Assembly (NCBI RefSeq): GCF_009914755.1
Contig: NC_060925.1
DNA from: the human T2T-CHM13v2.0 reference genome, Homo sapiens
Reading direction: 5' to 3' (one strand)
Length of the DNA stretch: 64,000 nucleotides
Shown here: piece after piece, positions 32,985 to 47,649 of the stretch
How the letters are laid out: every line of letters starts with the position of its first letter
Numbering within the stretch: position 1 is the first letter of the stretch
Made by a program: the position numbers and the translations under genes
The notes under the pieces: generated by a model
What the model was told of the DNA's origin: nothing
Seen by the model: only the letters and a program-made list of their open reading frames with translations
Database searches by the model: none

Positions 32985-34702
32985 GTGAGTAATTAAGAGA
33001 CTTTTTTTTTTGCTGCCGGGGAAGGATAAATTGTACCATATCATTGTTTAAACTTCTGATCAATGTTTTTAAATTGAGTCTTGTTTTCCTTACTATACTG
33101 CACTTAAGAGGTATTTTCTTGAGCTGGGATAAGAACACGTCTGGTTTCTCAATGTTTAAGCTTTCTGTGGTCATTGCCTAGAAACTCTTGCAGTCAAAAG
33201 GATATTGGGACTTCGTTGAGAGGCAATACCTCGGTAGAGCTTCACTGTGGCCCAGTTCAAAGCTTGAAGAGTCAGAAACTTGATTTTATCATTTTGGCCA
33301 GAGATGAATTACACAGTTCCAGCTTATCAGTGATGGCAGTTTTATACCTTTTCATTGCCTAGAACACTTATACTTATTTCTCTAAAGCACTGGCCTCCAG
33401 AGTGGCATCTACAGTATGCCACTCGAATGTGAGAATAAAATATTGGAACTTATATATATATTTATGTCTGACTCTTTTGAACTTTATTTTTTGTACATGT
33501 ATGTTGCAATGTACATAATATACATTAGTAAAACAATGTCTTTATAGTGAAAAATTTTGGAAACTTTAGAGCACTACCGTAGACATCAGGAGTCCTGTGA
33601 GACCTAGTTAATAATCAGATAGTTTCATGAGTACAGAATCTGAACAAAGTGAGTTAGATTCAGAAGGATATTTCATCTAGACTCTGGAAACGTTACACAT
33701 AGTTCCTGTTACACCGCCAGATATACAGCCTAATAGCTGGAATACCTATCCTATTGAATGTAATGTATCTATTCCCTGAGCAGTAATTGATGAAAAAAAA
33801 AGTAGTCTGTAATTTTATTTAATATCCAAAATATAAAATTACTCTATTTTTTATTTTCATATTTAATATGCACATTACATGCCTGCTATTGAGAATATAT
33901 TCTCATCTCTTGGCAAAGACTTTGGAAATACCATAATCTTATAACTAGCACAATCATAAACCAGGTATTAGTGTGAATTAGTCTAAAGATGAATAGTTTC
34001 ATGACTTTACTAATTTGTTTTTCGGATGATTTTTTTCCTGGCTTGTCCACAACTTCTGGAAGCATCTTACTCAGATATCCTTTTTCAGCATCTTACTCAG
34101 ATATCCTTTTTCAGCAGCCCCTTCAACTAGAGGCTGATCATTCTCTTTTATAGAGTATTGGGAGACAGGAGATGGAAAAAGGTAAAAAGAGTCAGTGAGA
34201 AACAGCTGCCAGAAGACAAGAGACTGAGTCCAGCATTCTCTTAGCTATCATTGTTCTTCCAAATCAGTATTTCTGTGTATTTCTATAAAAATGAATCTTC
34301 TTCTAAGCATCAGTATTGTTCTATTTCTGCCACTCCTATTTGTTAGCATCTACTGACCTCTTGGTTGCTCACTGTGAACTTAGACTCCTGGCTCCCAGTC
34401 TGAATAAATCTCTATCTTAATTTTTCATATCATGCTGGATGACTTCATTGTCCTTGTGGACAGTCATTTTCAGTTACACTGTACTTTAGCCCCATACACA
34501 CATAGCCATACCCATCACCCAGAATTCCTCTCCTCTAAAATACTAAAACCTAATACGAGTCTATGACCATGTCTCCTAGCCTTTTAGCTTTTTACTCCCC
34601 TACTCCTTTAACATCTGTTTTTCCATCTCACAGAGCTCTAGTTTCTTGACTCTCCCATTTTATTTCAGTTTATCATACATGTCTTAGAATTATTTCCTAC
34701 TC

Positions 34703-34849
34703 TTTTTTTGTCTTCTTTTTTCCTTTTTTTTTGGAGAATGGGGTCTTGCTATGTTGCCCAGGCAGGTCTTGAATTCCTGGGCTCAAGCTGTCTTCTTGCC
34801 TCTGTCTTCCTAAGTGCTAGCATTATAGACATGGCCACCACACCCAGCC
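34703..34849 (-). mobile_element. FLAM-like monomer
   Basis: Single reverse monomer, direct repeat agaattattt on both sides. Confidence 0.8.
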
Positions 34850-35500
34850 AGAATTATTTTCTTCTCCATCAATCATTTTAACCATTTTGACCCCTGTGTT
34901 TTTAATCCCTTTACCCTCATTGCCTTATGTTGCATCTGCCTAGTAAAACTCAACCAATTCATCCTTTACCTTCTTCATGCCTACCCCAGAGGCTGCGTAG
35001 GACAACAGCAGAATAAATTGGAACCACTGTAAATTTGTTGTTGCACCTGTAACTGTGCCCTCAAAGCTTCCTGTGGGTCCTAATCAATATCATTTTTCAT
35101 GCTCCAAAGTGCTTTTGTAAACCTTATATCATTCTCCAGAATTCTCTAACCCCACCATCTTCCCCGTCATGCTCATTATACCCCCAGCTTTACAAATAAA
35201 AATAAAGGCCATCAGCTTCTGTTGATGTATAATACCATGCAGATATATGGTATTATATCTGCATCTCTCTCCCAAATGCCTATAGACATTCTCATCCTTA
35301 TTTATTTTCCTCCAATCTTTGTAGAAGAGATATCCCTCTTTATTCCACGGGAGATCTTTACGACTACTGACTAAATTTCAACTCTTCAAGACCTTGCTCC
35401 AGTAATTATTTCCTCTAAGAATTATTAAATAAATATATTTAACTTCCCTTTATACCAATTCAATCTCCTTAGCAAGTCATTCCCTTCAAAAAAAAAATGA

Positions 35501-35972
<472 letters not shown>

Positions 35973-36364
35973 AAATATAAATATTATTTAAAGCCATGCA
36001 AACAGGTAGATTTTCTGTATGGGAAAAATATACAGAAAGGATTTCAGTGTTCTCAAGAAGAAAGATAATTTCTATAATTAGGAGATAGAAAGATAAAGAG
36101 GAACCAGCAATGTAGACAGAGAAGACCATATAGCAGGAGGAGGAGGAGGAAACTAAAAGAGGAGGGCATTTGCAGTGAAACAAATGTCTAGATTGAGAAA
36201 GCGTATTGGAAATGATGTAAGGCTGTAGACTATGAATATATAAAATCAAGTTTATTAGCTTTTTTCTTTTACTATGACATTTTTTGAAAAAGAAGGATCT
36301 CTAAGCTCAATTCTAAATGGATGATTTGTATCACAAAGAATAGAAAATGCTTCTTTGTTTATGA

Positions 36365-36690
<326 letters not shown>

Positions 36691-39189
36691 TAGATACTTT
36701 ATTTTGAGTTATAGTAAAAAAAAATGTACATTATGACCCAGCACACATATACAGATAAATGTTTGTTTTATATATGTTTGTATGCATCTATATGTGTGTG
36801 ACTACACAATATATTTAAATAATTTAAGATATTTTTTCATGAAACAGTACATCTTTAGTACTTGTAGTATATTGTTTTCTATATTTTTCTATTCTATTTG
36901 ATTTTTTAAATGCTAATTATGATCCACTAAATTGGTTTTATGACCTCATATTGGGTTGCAACCTTCAGTTTGAAACATGATTTCTTTAAGTTAGGTCGCT
37001 TCTCAAAAATAATTTTAGGCTAGCTACTATTAAAAATTTTGGTGCTGTAATTTGATGACTTCCTGTTTTGTGTGTGTATTGGCAGGGCCAGTGAGGCACG
37101 TCTCTTGATGTCCTCACTGGTACAAATTGGTAGTCTCTAGAGTGACTCCTGCCAGATCAGGAAGTGGTAGGTAATACGAAGAAATGATTCACAGAAATAG
37201 AATTTGTTTCTGGTCCTCAACAGTATCTTTTTTCCCTCATTTAGCCACCTTCTCCCCAGAAGATTGTAGACTGCAGTTGTCAGACACTAGGGCACAAGAA
37301 AAACTATAAACAATATGGGGTGAGTTGAGCTTAATAACTCACCTCCACCCACTTATATCTCACACATTAAATAGCTAAAAATGCTCCATTTTTAAGTGAG
37401 ATATTTTTGACTAAAACCTTTCAATGTCCCTAAACAAATTGCTATATTTTATTTTGTCTGTTTCTAGTCATATCAAAAAGGCCAAACAATCAAAATATAG
37501 CATGAATGCTGCTAAAATTTGGAATTTTTTTCTTGCCGATGCTATTTACTGTTTAACCTTCCTAGGCTTCCACACACTTGCTTATAAAACAAACAGATTG
37601 ATTCCCAACCCTCTAGGGTTCCACATGTTAGGATCAGAAGCTATTTTCAATATTCAGAAAACCTGATGTAAGTTACTTTGTTAGTCTTTATTGTTTATTA
37701 TGTATCTTTGGTTAAAAAATTGACATTTATTTAGATTTATAGATAAAATCAGTATTTGAAGATCATAGGAAGAGAAGGGAATTGTGAAAGGGAGGGGTCC
37801 TTTGTGGTAAAAACATTGCTAATCCCTAACCTAGAAGTCTCTTAGTTCTCTTCTGTCACTAAAAATGGTATCAATCATGAAGGCTATACCGTTAGAAACC
37901 TTTTTTTTTGTGGTGATCAGTAATGTCTTTTTCCAGTGGACAAGTGATCCAACTGATCACTTTTTTCAAACCAGTTTGCCTTTTCTCTTTATTCAAAATA
38001 CTTAGTTTCTAAACAGTGTTTATTTGCCTAATGTTAAAAAAAAAGTCAGAATATATGTGTTGCTTCTAATATTTCACAAAACAGTCAAGCCTTTTTTATT
38101 GGCTGGAATTTTGAAATAGCTAAGTGCTTTTTCTTTGTTTTTGAATAACTTCTTTTTTTTCTGGGTGACTTTTTTGACTTCGGTTACATTGGGAAGTCAT
38201 AGCAGTGTTACATCCTTTTTCTTTACTAAAAAGGAAGGAAAGGAGGGAGAGAGGGAAGAAGGAAGGTAATTGCATTGGTGTTTTATTAGTAGGATCTTGC
38301 CTGTAGAATATTTTCTTGTTTCATATAAATGCAAGACCGATTAGATAATAGTTACTAAGAGCTATTCTTATTATATAGTTATTCCTGTTATTCCTGTAAT
38401 CCTGTTTTACAATGTCTTGCTGTATGTTTTTATTATTGATTTATATTGTTTTTATACAAGAGGAATTTGAGGCACTGAATATTGTTATACCACTAAATGT
38501 GTGCAATGAATCATGAGAATCTTTTACACTGAAATAGTAAATGTTCATTTTACAAATGATACATGTGTCTAGTATGCATGTATTTAAACTATGACTTAAT
38601 GGCTGGTTTTGTTCTTTGCTCGTGTGTGTTAAAATGTAGATTAAGTAGGTATTTTTAATGAGAGTGGTCATAGGTTGGTATATTGTTTTAAATTCCCATG
38701 TGTTAACGTATCTTCCTGTGTCATGATTCTCTTGAGTTCATTACAGTAGAATCAGTTACTTAAGAACTGTTTAAAGGAGCAGGGAGGGTAGTAGGGAAAG
38801 TGAAATTAAAGCAGCCACTCTTGCTTGCTTTGTTGTTAATACATCTGAAGGAAATTACAATTACAATATTTATATTGTCCACAATAAATTTTCCTTTCTT
38901 TATTTTGTTAAAAAAAAGTGTTTTATAAGCATCTATTAAAAACAAGCCACGTGAAAACCACCCTCATTTTCTTTCTCTCCTTTTTTTCTCTTTCCTTCCT
39001 TCCTTCTGTCTCTCTCCTATTTTTCCTTTTTTCTTTCTGAGACTGAAAGAAAGGATGAGGAATGTCTATGGTCATGAGTAACACAATTTCCAAATGGCAT
39101 CTTCACAAACAAACACAATATCATGTAAATAATGGTTTTTTTTTAAATTGTAGGTCACAACCCAATAAATTGGTCAGAAAATGAAAATA

Positions 39190-39520
39190 TAGTTACGTGT
39201 CACTTAATGACAGGGATAATTCTGAGAAATGCGTCATGAGGTGATTTCATTTTGGGAACATCATGTGTACTTACACAAACCTAGATGGTATATCCTATTA
39301 CACATGTAGCATATATAGTATAGCCTGTTGCTCCTAGGCTACAAAACTGTCCAGCATGTTACTACAGAGAATACTGTAGGCAATTGTAAAACAATGGTAA
39401 ATATTTATGTATCTAAATATAGAAAAGGTACAGTAAAAATAAAGTATTATATCTTATGGGACTACTGTTGTACATGCTGTCAGTCGTTGACCAGAACGTT
39501 GTTCTGTGGCACTACGACTG
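39190..39520 (-). mobile_element. Tigger3a/MER7-like MITE
   Basis: cacttaatgacaggg...ttctgagaaatgcgtc at left; atcttatgggac...gttgaccagaacg...gactgta at right. Opposite orientation to the copy at 61688. Confidence 0.8.
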
Positions 39521-40655
39521 TACGTGGGTCATCACAGGCATTTTTTAAAAAATATAGATAGAATATAGTAGAATAGAAAGTATCACAGTGTTATTTACTA
39601 AATACATCTGTTGTGTGTATTTACAAATTACATGTACTTTTTAAAGTTTATGTGCAATATGACATTTAGTATTTTACAGTTATGCAAAGTACTGTGAAAA
39701 CTGACATGAAGAAGCCTTGAATTTACTTGGAGGAAGAAAGTGGGATTGAGGAAAAGCCTTTAGAAGAAGTGAAATTTAAATTGGGTCTTTGAAAATGTGT
39801 AGGCATTAGCCAAATGCTCTTAAGGGAGGTTGTTTGGGGATGGCTGTAGGGAGAGGTGGGATTTAGTGCTCCAGAGCAAGGGAAAAAATCTATCCAGATG
39901 CACAGTGGTGTTAAAGTACATGACATATTTGGGGATGAAGACAATAACAAATAGTCTTTTGAGGCTGAAGTTGTAAGATATTAAGGAGTGAGTTGCTGGT
40001 TAGAGAGAAAAGTGGAAAAATTAGATGTTTTATTCACATACAGATTTCAGACTTTGGTATTTGAGGTACACAGTTTCAAGTAGTAAGAATTCCAGATAAA
40101 AGATAAAAGCAATATAAAAAATGCATGTAATGTAACAAAGTTAACTATCTTGAATCATCTGTGATGGGTCAACATTCTCATAAACTTACTTTATATTTTG
40201 AATAACACCAAGGTCCATAAATTGAATTAGCAAGATGGTAATATTGTAAGACAGGTAAACAAATAATAAAAATATTCTAAGACACTAATTTGATTTTAGA
40301 AAGAGTTATTCTTCAATTGCATAACAACATAACAGCTTTGCCATTCTGAAGATAGCTTGTAGTTCTTGAAATAACTTTTTCTAAAAGTAAAAGAACGATG
40401 AATTTGGTGAAAGCAAAATATATTGCTAACCCTTATTCTAGCTCTTTGAGGGATACATAGGTGCTTTGAAAATTCTTGAATGGTTATTGGAAATTTTTAT
40501 CAAATATTTAGTATGAGAGCTTATGGCGTTAACATATTATTAAAATAATAATATTTGTTCTCATATTCAGGTCACTTGATTTACTGGCATAAGTAGAAAT
40601 TGTAGTTTATTGGCAAAATAGTCTGTTTTCATCAATATTATAAAATTGCTTAGAA

Positions 40656-40920
40656 ATACTGTGTGTAATATTTTTTCAGATAGCTTCTAAGTTGTTAGGA
40701 CATAAATACTTAAGTTGTTTGAACCTGACTACTTAATAAATAGAAACATTAGGTATTTCTTTTGTCCTAGAAGCATCATGAAAGTATTACTGAGACACAA
40801 AGTATGCCGTGAACCAAGAAAGAACTTAGAAGTTCTACACTGTTTTTGGTCTTGAGGATAAGACAGACACATTTGCAATAGAAATGTTTAACATATGTAA
40901 AAAGAGCCCTGAGATTCATT
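40656..40920. repeat. Local direct duplication, copy 1
   Basis: Aligns by eye to 42877-43143. Confidence 0.92.
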
Positions 40921-41236
40921 CATTCACTCATTCACTTATTTATTTATTTATTTTGAGACGGAGTCTTGCTTTGTCACCCAGGCTGGAATGTGGTGGTGCG
41001 ATCTCAGCTCACTGCAACCTCTGCCTCCCAGGTTCAAGCAATTTTCTGCCTCAGCCTCCTGAGTAGCTGAGATTACAGGTGCCCACCAGCACACCTGGCT
41101 AATTTTTTTGTATTTTTAGTAGAGACGAGGTTTCACCATCTTGACTAGGCTGGTCTTAAACCTCCTGACCTCGTGATCCACTCACCTCGGCCTCCAAAAG
41201 TGCTGGGATTACAGGCGTGAGCGACTGCGCCTGGCC
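40921..41236 (-). mobile_element. AluS-like with (TTCA)/(TTTA) tail
   Basis: Reverse Alu dimer. Confidence 0.9.
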
Positions 41237-41767
41237 TCATTTTTATTTTTGTAAGTGTATTTGTAGATTTTCATCATAGATCAAAGTATACACTTTTATA
41301 TATACACACACACACACTTTTCCAGGTTCTGTGCAGTCCCATGTGTTTGAGCTTTCTGGCGATCTGGCTCTAGAAAACTGAAGTGTCATTGCAAAATAGA
41401 TTGGGATACTTGGTGTCAAAAGCAGTATTTCTTATTCTTTTTAAACCTATACCCCTTTGATAGATATGAAAATCTCATACCATAGCTGTAGTAATATTGA
41501 ATATGATTTTTTCAAACTACATATGGTTTATATTCCCCTACCCCCACCTACGGATTCTCATAGGCTCCTCTACATAGTTATGCCCTTAAGGGAGAGAGTC
41601 ATTACTTTAAAGAAAGTAGCAAAATACACCTGAAATGTTGATTTCTTCATCATTTCTATATGGGAATGTAGGCTACTAGAGAGAACTTTTACCTATTTAT
41701 TCATTCAGCAAACATGGATTGAGTATACTGTATGCAAGCTCTTTATGGTACAAAGATAATGATGATA

Positions 41768-42325
41768 GGCCACGCAAAAACTTGTATGAGAGTGTTAACA
41801 GCAGCATTATTTACATAGTTTAAAAAACTAGAAACAATTCAAATGTCTGCAGACTGAAGATATTTAAACAAAATATAATCGCTTCTCGGCCTTTTGGCTA
41901 AGATCAAGTGTAAACAAAATATATATCCACACAATGAAATACTATTTGGCAATAAAAGGAACTCAGTATAACAGACTTACATTATGATACAAAATGGATG
42001 AAACTCAAAATCATCCTGCTAAGTTAAAGAACCCAAACACAAAAGATTATATATTGTATGATTCTTTTACATGAAATGTTCAGAAAAGGCAAATCAGCAG
42101 AGACAGAATACAGATCAGTGTTTGCCTGGGGTAGGGGGTGGAAGTGGGGATTGACAGCTAATGGCCATGATGGAAGTATAGGAGGTGACAGAAATGTTCT
42201 AAAATTGGATTTTTATGATGATTGCACAACTCTATAAATTTACTGAAAGTCAATGAATTGCATGTTTACAGTAGATGAATCCTATGGTAGGTAAGTTATA
42301 CCTCAAACAAATTATTTAAAATAAA
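41768..42325 (+). mobile_element. L1ME/MB 3' end hosting the U2 insert
   Basis: gcagcattattt...gaaacaattcaaatgtc...caatgaaatactatttggcaataaaagg...tcagaaaaggcaaatc. Confidence 0.8.
41878..41912 (+). pseudogene. Tailless 3'-truncated U2 snRNA retrocopy (U2 nt 1-35)
   Basis: ATCGCTTCTCGGCCTTTTGGCTAAGATCAAGTGTA is the U2 5' end. Flanked by direct repeat TAAACAAAATATA at 41865-41877 and 41911-41923. Confidence 0.93.
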
Positions 42326-42876
42326 TTTTCATTATAAAAAAAGATAAAGATTTTAGAACTGTTACCTTTAGAGTTCAGTCAGTCAGTGAAGCAAACATAA
42401 ACAAAGAATTATATGCAGTGTGCTTTGGCTGCATGTATGTGGTCCCATACAAGCCCTAAGGTGGGAGTTTCATTTGTGACTGAGAGAGTTGTTAAATATG
42501 AAAAACTTTATATAGAAAGCAGTGTTTGAGATTAGCCTTGCAAAACGAGTAAGGAGTTTTCCAGATGGAGAGGCATTTGTGTCTTGACTTATTGTTGGCA
42601 CACAGGAAGTAACAGGTCCTCTTTCTTTTCATTTTTGGGCTTCTTACATTTTTAATATGCATGTAATGAGAAGAGTAAATGTATTGACAGTTCTGACTGA
42701 GGACATTAAACAATTAGCAAATTTATATACTAATCTTTTAACAATTAAAGTTAAGCAATTTTATTACATATGATATTCTGTTTTCTGGCTAGTTTACCTG
42801 CAGTTTTTAGTCAGCAGAATAATTTATAGTGGCCCTTAGATAAATCCTTGTATTATTTCATTTTATGTTTGTGTGC

Positions 42877-43143
42877 ATATTGTATGTAGTATTTTTTCAG
42901 GTAGCTTCTAAGTCATTAGGACATAAATACTTAAGTTGTTTGAACCTGATTACTTAATAAATAGAAGCATTAGTTATTTCTTTTGGCCTAGAAGCATCAT
43001 GAAAATATTACTGAAACGCTAAGGGCATCATGAACCAAGAAAGAACCAAGAAGTTCTATACTGTTTTGATCCTAAGGATGATAAGACAAACACATTTACA
43101 ATAGAAATGTTTAACATGTGTAAAAGGAGCCCTGAGATTCATT
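42877..43143. repeat. Local direct duplication, copy 2
   Basis: Aligns by eye to 40656-40920. Confidence 0.92.
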
Positions 43144-43738
43144 TTCTGTTGACTTAAATAAGAGATTTTAAAATATATGAATTGTTCTGTTTTTTACAAT
43201 ATGGAAGACTGGAAAGAAATCCTAATAATCTCTTACTTCAAAACACTAAAGTGATACATAAAAAATACAAAATTATCAGGAAAATAATAAAAATATATAT
43301 CTAATATGATTAAAAATGTAAAGGAGAGCATGAAAACCATAAACAAAGAAGAAATCATTAAAATTGACTAGGCATTTTTTTTAAAGGACCAATTAGATCT
43401 TTTACAAATGAAAATATAATCACGGAAGTTAGTATCTTAATAGATCAATCAAACTGTAGATTTAGGTAGACTTAAAGGGACAATTTATAAACTGGAAGAT
43501 AGAGCTGAAAATTTACTCAGAATGCAACACAAATCGATAAAGAGAAGAAAATATGAGAGTTGTAAGAGACAAAGTAAAAAGGTCAAGGGGTTATAATTGG
43601 TATCTTTATTTTCCCAAGACCCGTTCCATATTTCCTTTGCCCTCAGCCAGAACCCCAACTGGTTATTAGGTGAGATGACCTAGACTTTAATTCCTAGAGG
43701 ATCTGAATCTCAGTAGTTCTTTTATTAATTGCTGTAGG

Positions 43739-44058
<320 letters not shown>

Positions 44059-45469
44059 TAACATATATTATTGGTCATGGAAGTAATGGGAGGTGTTCCA
44101 GAATCTCCTGGGTTCCAGAGCTTGTTGCTCCTATTATGTTTCAGCAGTTCACTTTTCCCTTGGTAATCAGGATCAGTCAAGGGGTTTACTTTTAGCCAGT
44201 AAACCCCTTCTTTGCCATTGTTTCATTAGTACAAAGAACCCAAAATGGCCAGGTGACAGTTTCATCTTCCAATTCAGTAGAACCATTGTTGTATTCCTCT
44301 GATGGAAGCATTTTCCCCTTGAGAACTAACCAACAGTCAGAGTTTAAGTTGTAGATTGGGAAGCAAAAATTATGTGAGTGGATTATTACTTACAGTATTG
44401 AGAGGAACCACTCCTACTTCTACCCCTTGATTCCTAGACTGGATATTTTGGTTATGTTGGGGACTTATGGCCTCATTATTGTATCCTGTAAAACAGAACC
44501 CCATCCTTTCAGAGTCTTGTCTCCCAACTTTTCTGTTAGGCCATTGATCAGCTTTTCTATTAGGCCATCTATTTCTGGGTATATAGTAAAAGACCATTTT
44601 CTTCCATGGCTATGAGCCCATTGCTTTACTGTCTTTGCTGTGAAATGAGTTCCTTGATCAGAAGCAAGGCTGTATAGAATACCATGATAGTGGATAAAGC
44701 ATTTCAGGAGATGGTGGTGCTGGAGAAGCATTATGGGTGGAGAAGGTACATCCATATCAAGAATGCTTTTATTCCAGGGAGGACAAATCTCTGCCCACTG
44801 CCTAATAGAAGGCATCCAACACAATCAACCTGCCAGTAGGTAGCTGGCCAGTCCCAGGGGTGACTCTGGGGTTCAGTGCTAGTCTCTGCTGCCTGGTGAG
44901 TAGCTGCATTATCAGATGTGTAGCTGCATGCCAGGGGCTAGAGGTTGTATTGATTTTCCTCAGTGAAAATACCATATCCGGAATAGCAGCTGCTGTCACA
45001 GAGACCACCTAGTTTACACAATCCAGTTATTCACCAAGATTCATCCAACTTGCGTAAACAAATGAGTTAAGAGAGGATGTGGTAGGTATCCTATCCCTTT
45101 GTCTTTAAAGTCTGTGATTGTTGTACTAATTTCTGCAGTTCTATCTTGATAAGGAAAAGTTCCAGGAACTGTTATAGCCCTTTCTTCATCATGTTCCTTC
45201 CTTCATCATATTTCTTACCTGTGGTTCAGAATCACTAGAGAGTCTACCAGTGGCCTAGTAGGTCTATTCCAATTATACATCTTGGAACTGAAAAAGGAAT
45301 CATAGGATGAATCTGTGGACCAGCTGGGTCTTTTGTGAGTCTCATCTGGGCTGATATTTCATCTGTCACCTGAATATCATAAATGTATAGTTTGATTGCT
45401 AAACCACAGTGGTGCCTGGAGTCTCCAGAAGTTTGTCACTCCTAGGGAAAAAGATTCAAAGTATGAGAG

Positions 45470-45806
45470 GGACTTGAAATGAGCAAGTTTCTCCATTGCT
45501 GACTTTGAAGATAGGGTTAAGAGTAGTCTCGAAGAGCTAAAAGCAGACCACAGATGAGAGCCAGCAAGGAAACAGTCTTAAAACTACAAAAAACTGAATT
45601 CTGCCACAACCAAGTGAGCTTGAATGTGAGCTTGAGAAAGCAGCCTAGCTAACACCTTGCGTTTAGCCTTAGGAGAGCCTGACAGAGAACCTAGCCACAT
45701 CATGCTTGGACTTCTAACCTACAAAACGGTGAGCTAATAAATGGGGTTTCTTTAAGGCACTATGTGTGTGGTAATTTGTTATACAACAATGCAAAGCTAA
45801 TATACA
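45470..45806 (+). mobile_element. MLT1 (D/E-like) LTR fragment
   Basis: gccagcaaggaaac...actgaattctgcca...gtggtaatttgttatacaacaat...aatataca. Confidence 0.7.
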
Positions 45807-46844
45807 AAAGCCAATGACGAGTAATCTTTGCAAAGTCTGGATATTTCCTTTTCCTCAGTGCACAGTCACTCTAGTAAATAGACACGAGGCCCTTTGAGGA
45901 AGGATTAGAGGAAGATCTACAGTATATACTTGTGGCAGTGCTACAGGAACCACCCGAAAGCAAGGCCAGCTTCCACTTCAGTCAGGGGTCTTGGGTTTTT
46001 GAACTAGCGTTGATCTGGAAGCTGGTAAGAGGTAGTGACTCTCTGTTGTAGTGACTAATATCAAGTATTTGGCCACCAGACCTGGAGTTTTTTTCTGTTA
46101 CATCAATTAAGCAATATTCTAGTAGGTTGCCCATTTCTGTCTTTCCTAGGGATAACCATGATCAATTAACCACAGCCAAAATCTCTGTGTGCAAAAACAT
46201 CTGTCCTGTTGCCTTTTATGGTAAATGCACCCACCTTGTTTTGATAGTTAAGTGCTGCCATCTGGCCTTTCTGTTCCAAGGATCATTGAATGTGCGTTGC
46301 AATCAGGGAACCCATCTCAATAGATACATCTCTCATGGCCATTCCTGGCCTTCACTGGGGAGTAAACATAGAGCTTTTTAAGGATGCAGGTGCTCTCCTC
46401 ACTAACGTAATTCTGGATGCCTTAATGAAGGGAGTATTTTCTGGGCCCCCTCAGGGGGATGTGATTGGTGTTGGAGAGGCGTAAGAGTGGTCCCTAGGAG
46501 CTAAAAGCAGGTCCCAGATGGGTTGACCCACATAAATGGATGAAATTTATTTGGAAAGAGGAATGGAAACATGATTTTTGTTTTGAATACAGTCTTAGAT
46601 CATAGGAAATACAAGAAGATATAAATAGATTATAAAAGTTAAGAAAATGAAGGTCATGTAAAGGATTAAGAATAGAGATGAATCTTGGAAACATCCTATA
46701 GAAGGAAATTCTCTAGGAGAAAGAGAGAGTGAATCATTAAGCAGTGCCAGACAGGACAAAAATACTAAAGATTGATTGAAGACAACAGCAAGACAGTATA
46801 GCAGTAGATAAAGCAAGGAATAGGAGAATTATGAGAAAGCATAA

Positions 46845-47300
<456 letters not shown>

Positions 47301-47649
47301 TGAAAGGTGTAGAAGAGTTATTAAAAAAAAAAAACTTGACTAAAATCATACAGCTAGTTAATGAGGCAAGGATTTGAACCCAAATCTGCCTGGTTCCAGT
47401 GAACTGAATTGTGACCTTGGAAGAAAAATACAGAGTATTATTTTTAAATGTATGTGTAGCACAAACACATATATTCAGATATACCTAGTATTTTTAACAC
47501 ATAATTTGCAAGTCTTAATCTCTTGTAATACCTGGTTTAGAGAAGTAATGAAGGGTAGTGGGAAATACAGGAGATTACAGATCTAAAGCCCAAATTCTAA
47601 TCCTGTTTCTGACCTGAACTGTATAACCAGAAACATTTCTTAATGGCGT

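Noticed and set aside
37088-37120. Iron-responsive element
   Set aside because: Bulged C and 5-bp upper stem fit, but the loop is UCUU rather than CAGUGN and the site is intronic.
40656-43143. LTR pair of a provirus
   Set aside because: No TG..CA termini, PBS, PPT or TSD, and the spacer contains unrelated repeats.
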